Assembly: GCA_904063045.1 (NCBI GenBank)
Contig: CAJFCJ010000072.1
Location: 71,544 to 114,055, forward strand
Source: Dimorphilus gyrociliatus
Lineage: Eukaryota > Animalia > Annelida
DNA length: 42,512 bases
Direction of reading: 5' to 3'
The translations under genes and the position numbers were made by a program. This document shows, one piece after another, positions 23,097 to 33,287 of this stretch (position 1 is its first letter; every line of letters begins with the position of its first letter). The notes under the pieces are model-generated. The model made no database searches, had not been told where the DNA came from, and saw only the letters and a list, made by a program, of their open reading frames with translations.

Positions 23097-24098
23097 CTAA
23101 CCCTGAACAGAATCTGTAGAAATTAAATAAAGATAGTGCAGATTAAAACCGACTATTTTATTGAACTTACCTATTGTAACTTGATTTACAATGGGATTAT
23201 AATGGTAATCTTTGTACATTAAGCAGTGGATCTGGTTAATGTTGGCATCATGCATATTTGTCATTTCCACAATTATGTATTTATGAAACCATTTACCATA
23301 TACAATGATTTTCTTGGTAAATAATTGCGAAAATGCTTCTATCTCAATAGAACCCCCCCAACCTAAACTGTAATACATGGTTTTTTTATAATTATCCATA
23401 TTCTGATACTCCCATTTGATCCTTTTTTTCAATGTTACATTTCCAAATAAACTTTTATTCCCCAGATTTCCACATAGCAAATGTCCCACAATAAATTTTC
23501 TTAAAACATTTGGACATGTAAACCTTGTCTGAAAGTAAAGTAGAGAGCTAAACAGGCAATTTCCATCCCCTGGTACAATGACATATGTTAAATGTTGACT
23601 GTTGGTGATATTATAAACCCTGATTTGGTGACCTTTTCTTTCTTTCAGCTGTTCTCTATTATTATTATTATTGTTGTTGTTGTTGTTGGTAGCTGGTGCT
23701 GATAACAGACATTTGAAATTTATAATTTTGAATGCCTGTTGCTTTGTAATTGTAACTCCTGCTGCTAACCCTGATTTATTGTGATTTGTTAGTTGATTGT
23801 TGTCATCATCAAATACATCATCATTATCATTGTGTATTAGCTTTTGTAAGTTGAATAATATAACTTTCTGCTGGTATTTACACCCTAATTTTTTAAGTTG
23901 AACATGACACTGTGTATTTTGTATTATAGATTGAAAATCTTTTTGTATATGGTTTTTAGTCATTTTCAATCTATAATTTAATTTAAGTTTTGTAAACTCT
24001 ATAACACAATTAATGGAATGAAGTTTGATTGTAGGTTGAAGAAAGGATTTTTTCCCTAAAATATCTTTATCAATATTAATTTTGTTTCTCATTTTCAT
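23097..24098 (-). CDS. Intronless ORF with a C-terminal OTU-family cysteine protease (deubiquitinase-like) domain
   Basis: VPGDGNCLFSSL (Asp/Cys), LRK, WGGSIEIEAFSQL and HYNP (His) are the OTU signature blocks. The frame stays open upstream of the annotated start to about 24245. Confidence 0.8.
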   Translation of the reverse strand: MKMRNKINIDKDILGKKSFLQPTIKLHSINCVIEFTKLKLNYRLKMTKNHIQKDFQSIIQNTQCHVQLKKLGCKYQQKVILFNLQKLIHNDNDDVFDDDNNQLTNHNKSGLAAGVTITKQQAFKIINFKCLLSAPATNNNNNNNNNNREQLKERKGHQIRVYNITNSQHLTYVIVPGDGNCLFSSLLYFQTRFTCPNVLRKFIVGHLLCGNLGNKSLFGNVTLKKRIKWEYQNMDNYKKTMYYSLGWGGSIEIEAFSQLFTKKIIVYGKWFHKYIIVEMTNMHDANINQIHCLMYKDYHYNPIVNQVTIGKFNKIVGFNLHYLYLISTDSVQG

Positions 24099-24628
24099 TC
24101 TTCTTGTTATGATTTGATTGGGAATGTTGAATTGTTTATCTGCTTCAGTAAGGTTTATACATAGTGTTCTGTTGAATTGTTTCCTTTTGGTAACAAACTT
24201 ATTAGGATATTTTTCACCAAACTTTTCATAAATATCTTGAAGTAATTTTTTTCAACTTGAAAATGTTTTATAAAATCCACCTCCTCTAACTTGAATAGTA
24301 AACTTGTTTTTGTATGTTGTACAATTTGTAAACAATTATCCATCTGTTGAAGAATCCTTGATTTATTTACTGGTTTTTTTTTTCAATTACCCTCTGTTAT
24401 TGAGAAATCTTGACTATTGAAAAATATCAAATGGTCTGACTTGCAATCATTTGGATTTTCTTTGCAAATTTGAATTATTGGTAATGGTTTATTAGGCTGA
24501 GTTGTATTGTTGTCAGTTATAGACAAACTTTCAATTTTGTTGTGTAAATTATTATTGCAAGTGATATTTCCAGTAAAGCTGATGTTAATATATGGACATT
24601 TCCATTTCTTCCAATAATTGGAAAATAT

Positions 24629-25363
24629 TCAAAGTGAGCTATAGATTTTAATTAATAAATGTATGTGTTCCTCTCTTGGTGGCTTTTGGCTTTTACCCTT
24701 ACCAAATTTATAGGCTTCAGCTAATTTTAATATGTGATATATATTATAGAAATAATCAGCCAAATCAATATGTCTTTTACATTCTTGGATATTTAAATTA
24801 TTTAATTGAAATAATTTATAAACATTTCCACCACCTAATATCTTATTGGCAACTTTAATTCCTTCTTCCATGTTGATGTTTCTAATTCTTGTCTCCAAAC
24901 ATAATTTGTGTAAGAATTTTTGATTTCTCTTTAAAATGTCAATTAATTTTCTGAACATACAATATCTTAGATGAATAGCCTTATTTGTTCTTGGTTCAGC
25001 TTCATAACCCATTTTATTAACAGCTTTAATGATATGTATAAGGCCACTTTGGTATAATTTAATTGCAATATTATTATTATAGACTGAAGGATTAGGAGGT
25101 AAATATTTAATTAATATACCTCCGAAACCTCCACCAATTCCATAAAGAATAGGAAAAGTTATACCATGGCTTTTTGGTATTTTAAATAAATGTAACTTGG
25201 TTGTTCCATCATCATCACCACCACCACCATAAGCTGCTATTCTGACTTTATATATTTTGTTAGCTAATAAAGTTTTTATAACAATTAAAGTTGATACCAG
25301 TTGATTTGAATTTGATAATAGGTAGTTTGAAGTTTTCAATGTGAATTGTCTCTGCTTCGGCAA
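24629..25363 (-). CDS. Intronless 244-aa ORF of unknown function, possible TBP-like fold
   Basis: Long open frame in very AT-rich DNA. The segment GFGGILIKY..NIAIKLYQSGLIHIIKA..YCMFRKLIDIL resembles the TBP repeat pattern (weak, by eye). Confidence 0.5.
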   Translation of the reverse strand: MPKQRQFTLKTSNYLLSNSNQLVSTLIVIKTLLANKIYKVRIAAYGGGGDDDGTTKLHLFKIPKSHGITFPILYGIGGGFGGILIKYLPPNPSVYNNNIAIKLYQSGLIHIIKAVNKMGYEAEPRTNKAIHLRYCMFRKLIDILKRNQKFLHKLCLETRIRNINMEEGIKVANKILGGGNVYKLFQLNNLNIQECKRHIDLADYFYNIYHILKLAEAYKFGKGKSQKPPREEHIHLLIKIYSSL

Positions 25364-25589
25364 ATTCCCAAACCAATGTTGTTAAATCTGTTAGAAATTA
25401 TTGAAATCAGTATTAACAATGCTGTACATAAATAAAAATAAAGCAGAAGAAAATCTGATAAGAAATAGCTGGCTAACCCTAAATAATTTAGAGATATATG
25501 TATGTTGGCCATGTTAACACTATGTGTAGAAAATTTGGATATTAACATAGCTAAGGAAGTAGTTGATAGATGTTAATTATGTTTGAAAT

Positions 25590-25945
25590 TTCAGAACTGG
25601 CATAAATAGATGTATAAAGTTGTAAAAAATCAAAAGGATTGGATAAAAATTACAGTAAAATGAATTTTTTGCTGTTGTTTTCTTTAACTGTGTAAAAGGA
25701 AAATGCGTGAAATCTTTAAGTGGACCTTACTCAGTCAATAATTGATGGATTTTAAGTCTGTTTAATGATTTAGAACTGGCATAAATAGATCTATAACGTT
25801 TTAAAAAATCAAAAGGATTGGATAAAAATTACAGTAAATTGGAATTTTTCCAGTTGTTTTCATTATAGGTATATAAAGAAGGAAAATGCCTAAAATCTTT
25901 ATTTTGACCTAAGTCAGTGAATAATTGACCGATTTTAATTCTGTT
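25590..25945 (+). repeat. Tandem duplication, ~179-bp period, 2 diverged copies
   Basis: agaactggcataaataga..aaaaaatcaaaaggattggataaaaattacagtaaa recurs at 25593 and 25772. Confidence 0.88.
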
Positions 25946-26424
25946 TGAAGCATATTAATCTACATAATCTTAATCTACATAATAATATCTATAATAATAT
26001 CTATAATATTTTCTATTTTAGTTTTTACTTGTTATTTATTTTTATCTTCCATTTCAACTTTTATGGTTACTCCAATCATGGTTGCTATTATTTAACCAAC
26101 TTATTTTATTCCATATCACTTACACCATTCTTTATTTCTACAATTTTTGTTTTTTCTGTGCTTTTTTGTATTTCCAAACTGTCAGGGTTAGATATTCCCC
26201 CAATTTACCATCCTTATTACATTTTTTTCAAGTCCATATATTTGTCATTCTCTTTACCTTCTTATTTTAAAAGTTTTAAACTATTTTCTTATTTTTTACT
26301 TTTTATTTATTTATTTTTTTATTTTTATTTACTTTTAATTTAATTCCAATTTTACCTCACAAGAATCTTTATCAACAAATAAATATACCATAAATCTGTA
26401 GAGAAACTTCTTATTAAGATTCTC

Positions 26425-26684
26425 AAACCTCTCTTTCTTTCTTTTGGTGTAGTAGACCCTGAAGAGTCCCAGGTTTAAAAATTTATTAGAGAGGGGGACG
26501 AAACCACCATAGGTCGAGTAGGTAGGAATTTATTACAAAATTCAGAAAAAAATTTTTTCTTTTGGAAATTGTTTTAAATGTCAATTTTGGTGTATTTTTT
26601 CTTTGACTGCTTCCCAAAATCATTTGGGACTCTTGAAATGTGAGAATTCTGTTTCTCTTTTTTGATTTAATCAAAAAAAAACCT
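26425..26684 (+). repeat. Hammerhead-containing direct repeat, copy 1
   Basis: Aligns with 27290-27557 (roughly 80-85% by eye); e.g. cttcccaaaatcatttgggactcttga and gagaattctgtttctcttttttgatttaatcaaaa are shared. Confidence 0.9.
26455..26522 (+). ncRNA. Type I hammerhead ribozyme, core intact, stem I degraded
   Basis: CUGAAGA (26459-65), stem II GUCCC/GGGAC, GAAA, stem III ACC-accaua-GGU, C17 at 26515. Confidence 0.7.
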
Positions 26685-26696
26685 CTGCAAAAACCA

Positions 26697-27160
26697 CTTA
26701 AGCACTGTGAATTTCACAGAAAATGCACTCATACAATGGAGGAATGCTTTATCTTAAAAAAAGCAGCCAAAATTATCAAAAAGAAGCCCAACAGATGCAG
26801 ACATCATAGCCAGTAAGGTGCGAATCAATTCTGCATCAGGTAATCCTATTAATATTGTAGGACAAGTTATAAACCTTCCAATTACAATAGGAGGAGAAAA
26901 AATCACTTTTAACCTATTTGTCACAGAAAGTAGTCCAGAATATATTATAAATGGCAGCCCAATTCTCCAAATTGTGTAACACCCACACCTCTTAACTGCC
27001 ATCTTGGCTCAGCAAAATCAGAAAAAGAGGCAAACTTATGAGGCAAGTCTGATAAGGTCTTGGCATATTGTCTCAATTGAGAAAAATTATGATAAACTGT
27101 TTAAACACAAGATAGAAGAAATGACAGTGTGTACAGTGACTGAACATTATAAGAAATCAC
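26697..27160 (+). pseudogene. Remnant of a different gypsy family: Gag C-x2-H-x4-H-x4-C knuckle, C-terminal half of the aspartic protease, pre-RT linker
   Basis: KHCEFHRKCTHTMEECFILK; VRINSASGNPINIVGQVINLPITIGGEKITFNLFVTESSPEYIINGSPIL; KNYDKLFKHKIEEMTVCTVTEH. Frameshifted, and the catalytic D(S/T)G half is absent. Confidence 0.65.
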
Positions 27161-27289
27161 TGAATTGCAATACACTGGGTTGAGAAATTGGAGTAGGATA
27201 TTCAGAAACTACTAACAAACAAGATAATCAGAGAATTGTAAAGCCCATGGTGCTCTAGAATAGTCCCAGGGTTAGGGTTAAAAGTCTCT

Positions 27290-27557
27290 TCAACCTCTCT
27301 GTAGGTTCTTAGATCCTGATGAGTCCTTGGTAATGAATAGAGAGAGGACGAAACCACAGTAGGTCGACTAGGTAGGAAATTATAAAAAATTTCAGAAAAA
27401 AATTTTTTGAAAATTTTTTGAAAAAATCTTTTCTTTTGGAAATTGTTTTAAATATCGATTTTGGTGTATTTTGTCTTTGACCACTTCCCAAAATCATTTG
27501 GGACTCTTGATGGGCGAGAATTCTGTTTCTCTTTTTTGATTTAATCAAAAAAAACCT
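27290..27557 (+). repeat. Hammerhead-containing direct repeat, copy 2
   Basis: See copy 1. Confidence 0.9.
27308..27372 (+). ncRNA. Type I hammerhead ribozyme, apparently complete
   Basis: Stem I cuuag(a)uc/gacuagg (7 bp, one bulged A), CUGAUGA (27316-22), stem II GUCCU/AGGAC, GAAA, stem III ACC-acagua-GGU, GUC cleavage triplet ending at 27365. Confidence 0.85.
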
Positions 27558-28759
27558 TTTGCTAACCCTAAATCTATATTATCATATGCTATGCGCTTTG
27601 ATCATCTACAAAATATTAAAAACTTTTATTGATTTTGATAGAACTTCAAAGATAAAAATTATTTAAGGAGATTTCTCATATTTGAAAGATATTCAGCAAA
27701 GAAATTTGAAAAAAGAAAAAATCTGTGGAGACAAAACTTAGTTTATTTATTGTACAGAAAACAAGTGTTTCTCAAGTTAAAGTGCCATTTATAAGAAACA
27801 TAAATTAAAAGATGCACTATTTAAATAATGGTTAATAAAATAAATATGAATTGGGTTGGTTTATGCCTTTTTAAAAAATATTTGGAATGAAACCTGTTTG
27901 TTCTTTTGAGCAGTTTCTAAACCATAAATTAATAATTAGAGTTAATATGATTTATTTAATTTTATTCTAAAAATCTAGAAGGCTCCCATAAGAGGTTAGT
28001 CAGGGTCTCCAGTAAAAAACAGAGATATGGTTTTTATCCACTAATCTGTGAACTTTACATCAAGTCAATAAATTTGAGTTTTTTTCTAAAAGTCTAGCCA
28101 TTTTATTATTGGCCTAATTTACAGTATTCTCTCCAACAATGAGCTTTGTCGGTTAATTTATAACAATTATTATTTTTGGTCCAACAACTTTTAATCAAGT
28201 TTTTTGCATGGTTTTGGGTAATTGAATTTATTGATAGCACTCACTTGTTTGAACTCCTCAACTTCTGATGAGCTATTCGCTGAGGTTTTTTAATAAAAAT
28301 TTACTAATATAATTAAAATTGACAATAATAGATAAACTTAACTTGGAGAATTGAATAAGTCAAAAAAATTTCTGTTTACAACATTTTTTTAAATGACAAA
28401 CCAGAAATCAAGTGTCTGTACCAATAATTATGAAGCGTGGCCAAATAAAGAAAAAATTCATGAAAATTACTCAAAATATGTTGCTAATAATATTCCCAAA
28501 TATCATCATTTTCTCAATTTTTTTCAATATTACGTAAATATTACTCTTTATCTATATAAATTTAGACAAAAAAAAACAATTATCGTGGGAAAAAATGTTT
28601 TTAACCATTATTTTAAATCTGGCCTATCAGAATTTAGGGTGTACCAAAATTTATGTGGACTATTATATACAAATTCTGATATGCAGTATCATAATACATA
28701 GCACTTTCAATATGATAATATTAAAAAAAACCAGAAGAAGTGAATTCCCTATTGGAATC

Positions 28760-28810
28760 CTTCAACTTCGCTGTAGGTGTAGGTTAATAGACCCTGATGA
28801 GTCCTTGATA
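28760..28810 (+). repeat. Third, partial copy of the hammerhead repeat (5' half only)
   Basis: cttcaactt..tgtaggt..tagaccCTGATGAGTCCttg matches the 5' ends of the other two copies; no downstream GGACGAAAC. Confidence 0.65.
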
Positions 28811-29626
28811 TTACAAGTGTTAGATGACAGATAATGAAAAACTAAGCATGGTAATTTTAAACATCAGCACTAAATAGCACTCTTTGAACGATAAGACTTT
28901 AATCAACCTATTTTATTTTATTTTATTATTGTTTTCTTGAAAACGTTTTTTCATTCCAATTAACAAATGTTTTAAGAATAATATTTGGAAAAGGATTTCT
29001 CTTATATTTTTATTCAGTAATATTGTTGTTTGTAATTTTTGTACTTTTGAAAGAGAATGAGTGATAATCTTCCTGATTTCTTTTTCAAACAAAAAAAAGT
29101 GAACTCTTTTATATTCTTATCTAGTTTTTTTTACTAGTAATAGCCTTTAAAAGGTTGATTTATCTTTAAAATTAAACTTTGAACGAGATTTTAATCAGCC
29201 AGGGAAAAGTATTTGACATACATGAATAGGCTAATGAGGGTTTTTGTAGGAATTTAAGCATAGACAAATGACAAATTTCGCCATCAGTTATAATTATCGA
29301 AAAATCTTTCATTTTTGTCCTTCCCTTTTCGGTAATTTAAACAGGAAAAATTATGCCAAATCATGCTTTCTTAAACTTAACAACTTGAAGTTTAAGAAAA
29401 AAGTGGATATCTCAACAAATATTTCATTGTATTTACTCTTTTCTGGGTTGTTGCTGAATGGATTTTTTTGCATTAGGGATAAAGGATAAATCAGGGTTAG
29501 GCTTAGGAAATTATTCTGTTGAGTCATTGTTAAAATCCTCTTTCAACTAAAATGCTAACCTATTTAAAAAATGCTACACATTCATATTTATAAATGGGTG
29601 GTGATGAATCTATAAGAAAATCTTAG

Positions 29627-31398
29627 TTTGTTACTAGAATTGATCAAGTAGGCGCAAGTTTTGTTTGTCCTGTTGATTCTGATCAAAAGCCAATTAATGG
29701 AGTTTTTAAGGATTCGTTCAACTGTGAAATTTATCATAATTGCTTTAATGGTACTGCAACTTCGCATCGATGCCCAGTCAATCAACATTTTAAGATCACC
29801 TACATAGATTTTCAATATTTTGTCTGCGTTCAACCAAATCTATCCGATTGTTCACCAGCAAAGAACCCTGAGCCACAAACTGAAAGTTTCCCTGAGCAAA
29901 ATGCAGATACCACTGTTGCCGAATGTCGACCAAACCTGAATTCTACTGTTCCAAGTGCATCGGACAACAGCTTTTATTATAATTGCGTAAATGGACAAGG
30001 TTGGCGGCAAGTTTGTCCTCCAGGAACACAATTTAAACCTTCTCTGAGTTTGGAAAATAGTAAGAGTGTAAGAGCTGCTCCTTGCGGTAATGGAGTTGAA
30101 GGAAGGGAACGAACTTGTAGCAGTCCACCACCAGCGAATGGAGATAAAAATTGCAGGGGAAAGTCTCTGGAAGAAAGACCCTGCAATAACGGTCCTTGCG
30201 CAGAGCCGGCCTTTATGGTTTCGTTAAAACGTACTGTGAACATTAATCCGGGAGTAATGAATTGAACGTCGATTGATTTGAATGTAAACAAAATGTTCGA
30301 CCCTGAAACAAATCGCGTTTCCATTAAGAAACCAGGATTGTATTTTTTCTCTATGACAACAAGCTGTCCCACAAAAAAGTCAATTGATGTAATACTAGAA
30401 AGCACAGGTAGAAATGTTAGACTAGTTCGGCAAGCCGACACGAAGTCGACAGGAGCGGAAACATTTTCCAGATCTGGACTGTTTGTTCTTAGCTGATTAT
30501 TCAAACTGGTTTTGAAACAATTGATTCGGTCGACGCTGTACAGTTCAGAGATTGGTAAAGAAACATCTTGGCTGGGTTTCCACTATGTATCAGATGAATG
30601 TCTATTTTGTGGAAGTGACAAAAATCTAGAGTTTGGAACAGTCAAATGGCCTATCATTTCGGTGATGAAAGGATTTCAAGAAAATAGTGTATTGTCGCAA
30701 TTTAGACCCTCAAAAAGCGGCTTATATCTCGTGAATGCATGAATGAAAATAGGCTATTCCCACGTAAACACTCGATACAAAGTGAGTTTATCAATCAATG
30801 TGGATAGGAATTACAATGTTTTTCAAACACCGCTCGAGCTGAAGGGAGCAATTACATCTCACGGTTTAAGCGATACATTTTCGAGGAGTGTTCTTGTCCG
30901 ATTGACAGCAGGGGATGTGTTGAGAGCAGAAATGCATAGGCCTTTTCTTCCTATGCGTCCAATCGAATCGGGACAACGAATAGACACTTATATGTCTGCA
31001 TTTAGATTAAATGAAATTCTACCCTACTTTCAAGCAGTATCAACGGACAGCACGTGTAGACAGTTTAGACGTATCAATTTGAAATCGACTTCCTACAATT
31101 CGGAGAGATCGTGGAATTCGAAATTACACGAGTATAACATCAAAAAGCCTGGAATCTATTACATAGAATTTACATTTTCGAAATATCGTACTTCGAAGGT
31201 GGATGTAAGAATGTTCTTGAACAAACAAATGGTTGCAGTTTCAGCAAAACAAAGTATGATTGACGAGAACAATCATTTCACACATCTGTTTTGATGAATT
31301 TGAAAGTGAATGATAAAATTCATTGGAAAAACTATGGATGCGTTGACAGTGACGCTTCCATTACGATAATCTGTACTAGTGCATTATCTCGAAATTAA
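29627..31398 (+). pseudogene. Intronless chitin-binding (CBM14 x2)-TSP1-C1q-like (x3) gene, disrupted
   Basis: One frame from 29627: CPVD..FNCEIYHNC..HRCP..C, FYYNCVNG..QVCPPGTQF, CGNGVEGRERTCSSPPPANGDKNC..RPCNNGPC, then C1q-like AF..GLYFF..TFSRS..TSWLGF repeats. In-frame TGA at 30263, 30494 and 30740; frameshift near 31290. Confidence 0.75.
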
Positions 31399-32234
31399 GT
31401 TTCAAAACATGAACATGTTTAGTTAAATAACCAACATTTCAACTTTAGTTGATATTTTCCTTTTTGTTCATTTCCAATATAATAACAATGATGATGACAA
31501 TTGCAGATCAACTGTTTAGTATGTATAGTGTATTTGATATTAAATCAGCTAGTAGTCAATCATTTCAGGTAGAGGAAAAGTACAAGCATACACACTTTGA
31601 ATAGTGCAAACTGTAGAAAGACATTTTCACAGGATTTTCCATGTCGGTATTAGTTGTTTTTCTTCTTTTTCCCAAGAAAAAATCTACTTGGAAAAGATTT
31701 TCAGGTGAAAAAGCGATAATATTATCATTTTTACGAGGATGTTGACTTAAATACTCTGAAATACTTTCAACAAGATACAAGACAAATGACAAAAGAAAAA
31801 AGTAAAATTGCCTGCTTCACTCGTAAGTTTGCCAAGCTCTAAGCTTTTGATTTCCAATTTGGCAATTGGTAATGACTAGAAGGTCACTAGTACTTTTTCA
31901 TCATTGAAAAAGTATATTCTTTGAAGATTAATATTATAAAGTATTGATTGATTGATTGAATGAATGAATGAATGAATGAATATATGTTGATATCATACCG
32001 TCAATAAATTGAAACGATACATAAGCTGGATTTGTCAATCCTAATTGCACTTTGTATCCAATTTCAATATCTTCTTTTGATAAGTTTACTAGAATAGCTG
32101 ATTCTCTGCTGTCTGACAGAGTATAGGCTATTGAGTGAGGTGTTTCCCTCTCGACTACAGTGGCAGGAGCTGACATTTCAGATGGAATTATTATCTTAAA
32201 TATGTCAGTATTTACAGTATATACCAAAGTAGGA

Positions 32235-32732
32235 TTGTACACATACATTCGTCAGCTATATTCTACAATAGAGAAGTAGTATTGAACCAGTATTGTACTA
32301 TGCAGATAGCACTGATAAAGATAAGCAGTAGTGACCTAGTTTCGCATAGGGCAGTGCATACACATTATGCAGTAATAAAACCTATTGAATTATATAAAGA
32401 ATATTTGCTATTTGCAACCTAGCATTAATATTACAATTTATTAATCCATAAATTTATGATTTTGAACTAAAACTAGTTCAATTAATTATCAATTATGCTT
32501 AAATTCTAAGTTTAGATTATATTCACTATTCAACAGTATTGTATACACAATACTAAATTTACTAACTCAATCAATTGAATATCATTATTAAGGTAGAATA
32601 TAAAAACGGTCAAATATACAATCTACATGTTTTCTTCATTGTTCAACTTGTCCTACTAAAATTGTTACATCTTATGCAACTCTCCAACCTTCGAAATTCA
32701 AATATTATTTAGAAGAGGAAAACAATAAAAAC
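32235..32732 (+). repeat. Partial LTR (5' half) of the same gypsy family with a ~45-50 bp internal deletion
   Basis: Matches the start of 21794-22732 up to ..aacaataaaaac; deletion at caatact^aaattt. Confidence 0.92.
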
Positions 32733-32890
32733 GGATGCGACAGAAAATGTCCATGAAAGAAAATGTCCATGAAAGAAAACGTCCATAAACCGAAAGAAAA
32801 TGTCCATGAACTGAAAGAAAACGTCCATAAAGTGAAAGAAAATGTCCATAAACTGAAAGAAAACATCCATGAATCAAAAGAACACATAAA
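32733..32890 (+). repeat. Short tandem repeats (GAAAAYGTCCAT core, ~16-21 bp), probable left end/TIR region of the MULE
   Basis: Starts with GG exactly where the LTR match stops. About 7 units lie upstream of a FLYWCH-MULE ORF. The TIR role is inferred; no partner end was found. Confidence 0.6.
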
Positions 32891-33287
32891 ATAAAGAAAT
32901 TTTCATTTAAATATAAATATATGTTGAAAAAAAATTAACCCAAACTTTAAAAAAACTGGTAGAAATGAAGAAATCTTCAGGAAAAGAGATACAAAATATC
33001 AACTTCCTCTCCTATTTTCACTCTCTTGAGGTAATATGAAATTTTTAATTTTTAGAGGTTTTTTTTGTTCTTAATAATCTCTGTGATTAAAAACTTATTG
33101 ATTATTTTATTAATAATCAATCTAACATAAATTTAGCAATTTTATTTGTTAATGAAGTTTTTTTTCAATGTTATTGTCAAAATACTAATTGTTACATAAA
33201 TAATCATAATAATGATATGACAAATTCATTTATTAATTTTGGTTTAGCTCTTCTTTTTCTCCAATATTTTAGAAAAAATATTGAATA

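Noticed and set aside
25945-26343. 132-aa F/Y/L/I-rich ORF resembling a membrane protein
   Set aside because: Low-complexity T-rich sequence; stop avoidance is compositional.
27269-27280. GGGTTAGGGTTA as a telomere-addition site (Athena/Terminon-like)
   Set aside because: Only two units, not at an evident element boundary; similar short matches occur elsewhere in the window.
26486-27548. Paired minus-strand ORFs MIKSKKRNRIL..
   Set aside because: Simply the antisense translation of the two hammerhead direct repeats.
29977-30504. 175-aa minus-strand ORF
   Set aside because: Antisense to the TSP1/C1q frame, which carries the recognisable motifs.
31565-32248. Short minus-strand ORFs as host exons
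   Set aside because: No recognisable motif or consistent splice pattern; cannot be supported.
32733-32890. CRISPR-like reading of short repeats here or at 15914-16207
   Set aside because: Contiguous tandem units with no unique spacers, in a eukaryotic context with no cas genes.
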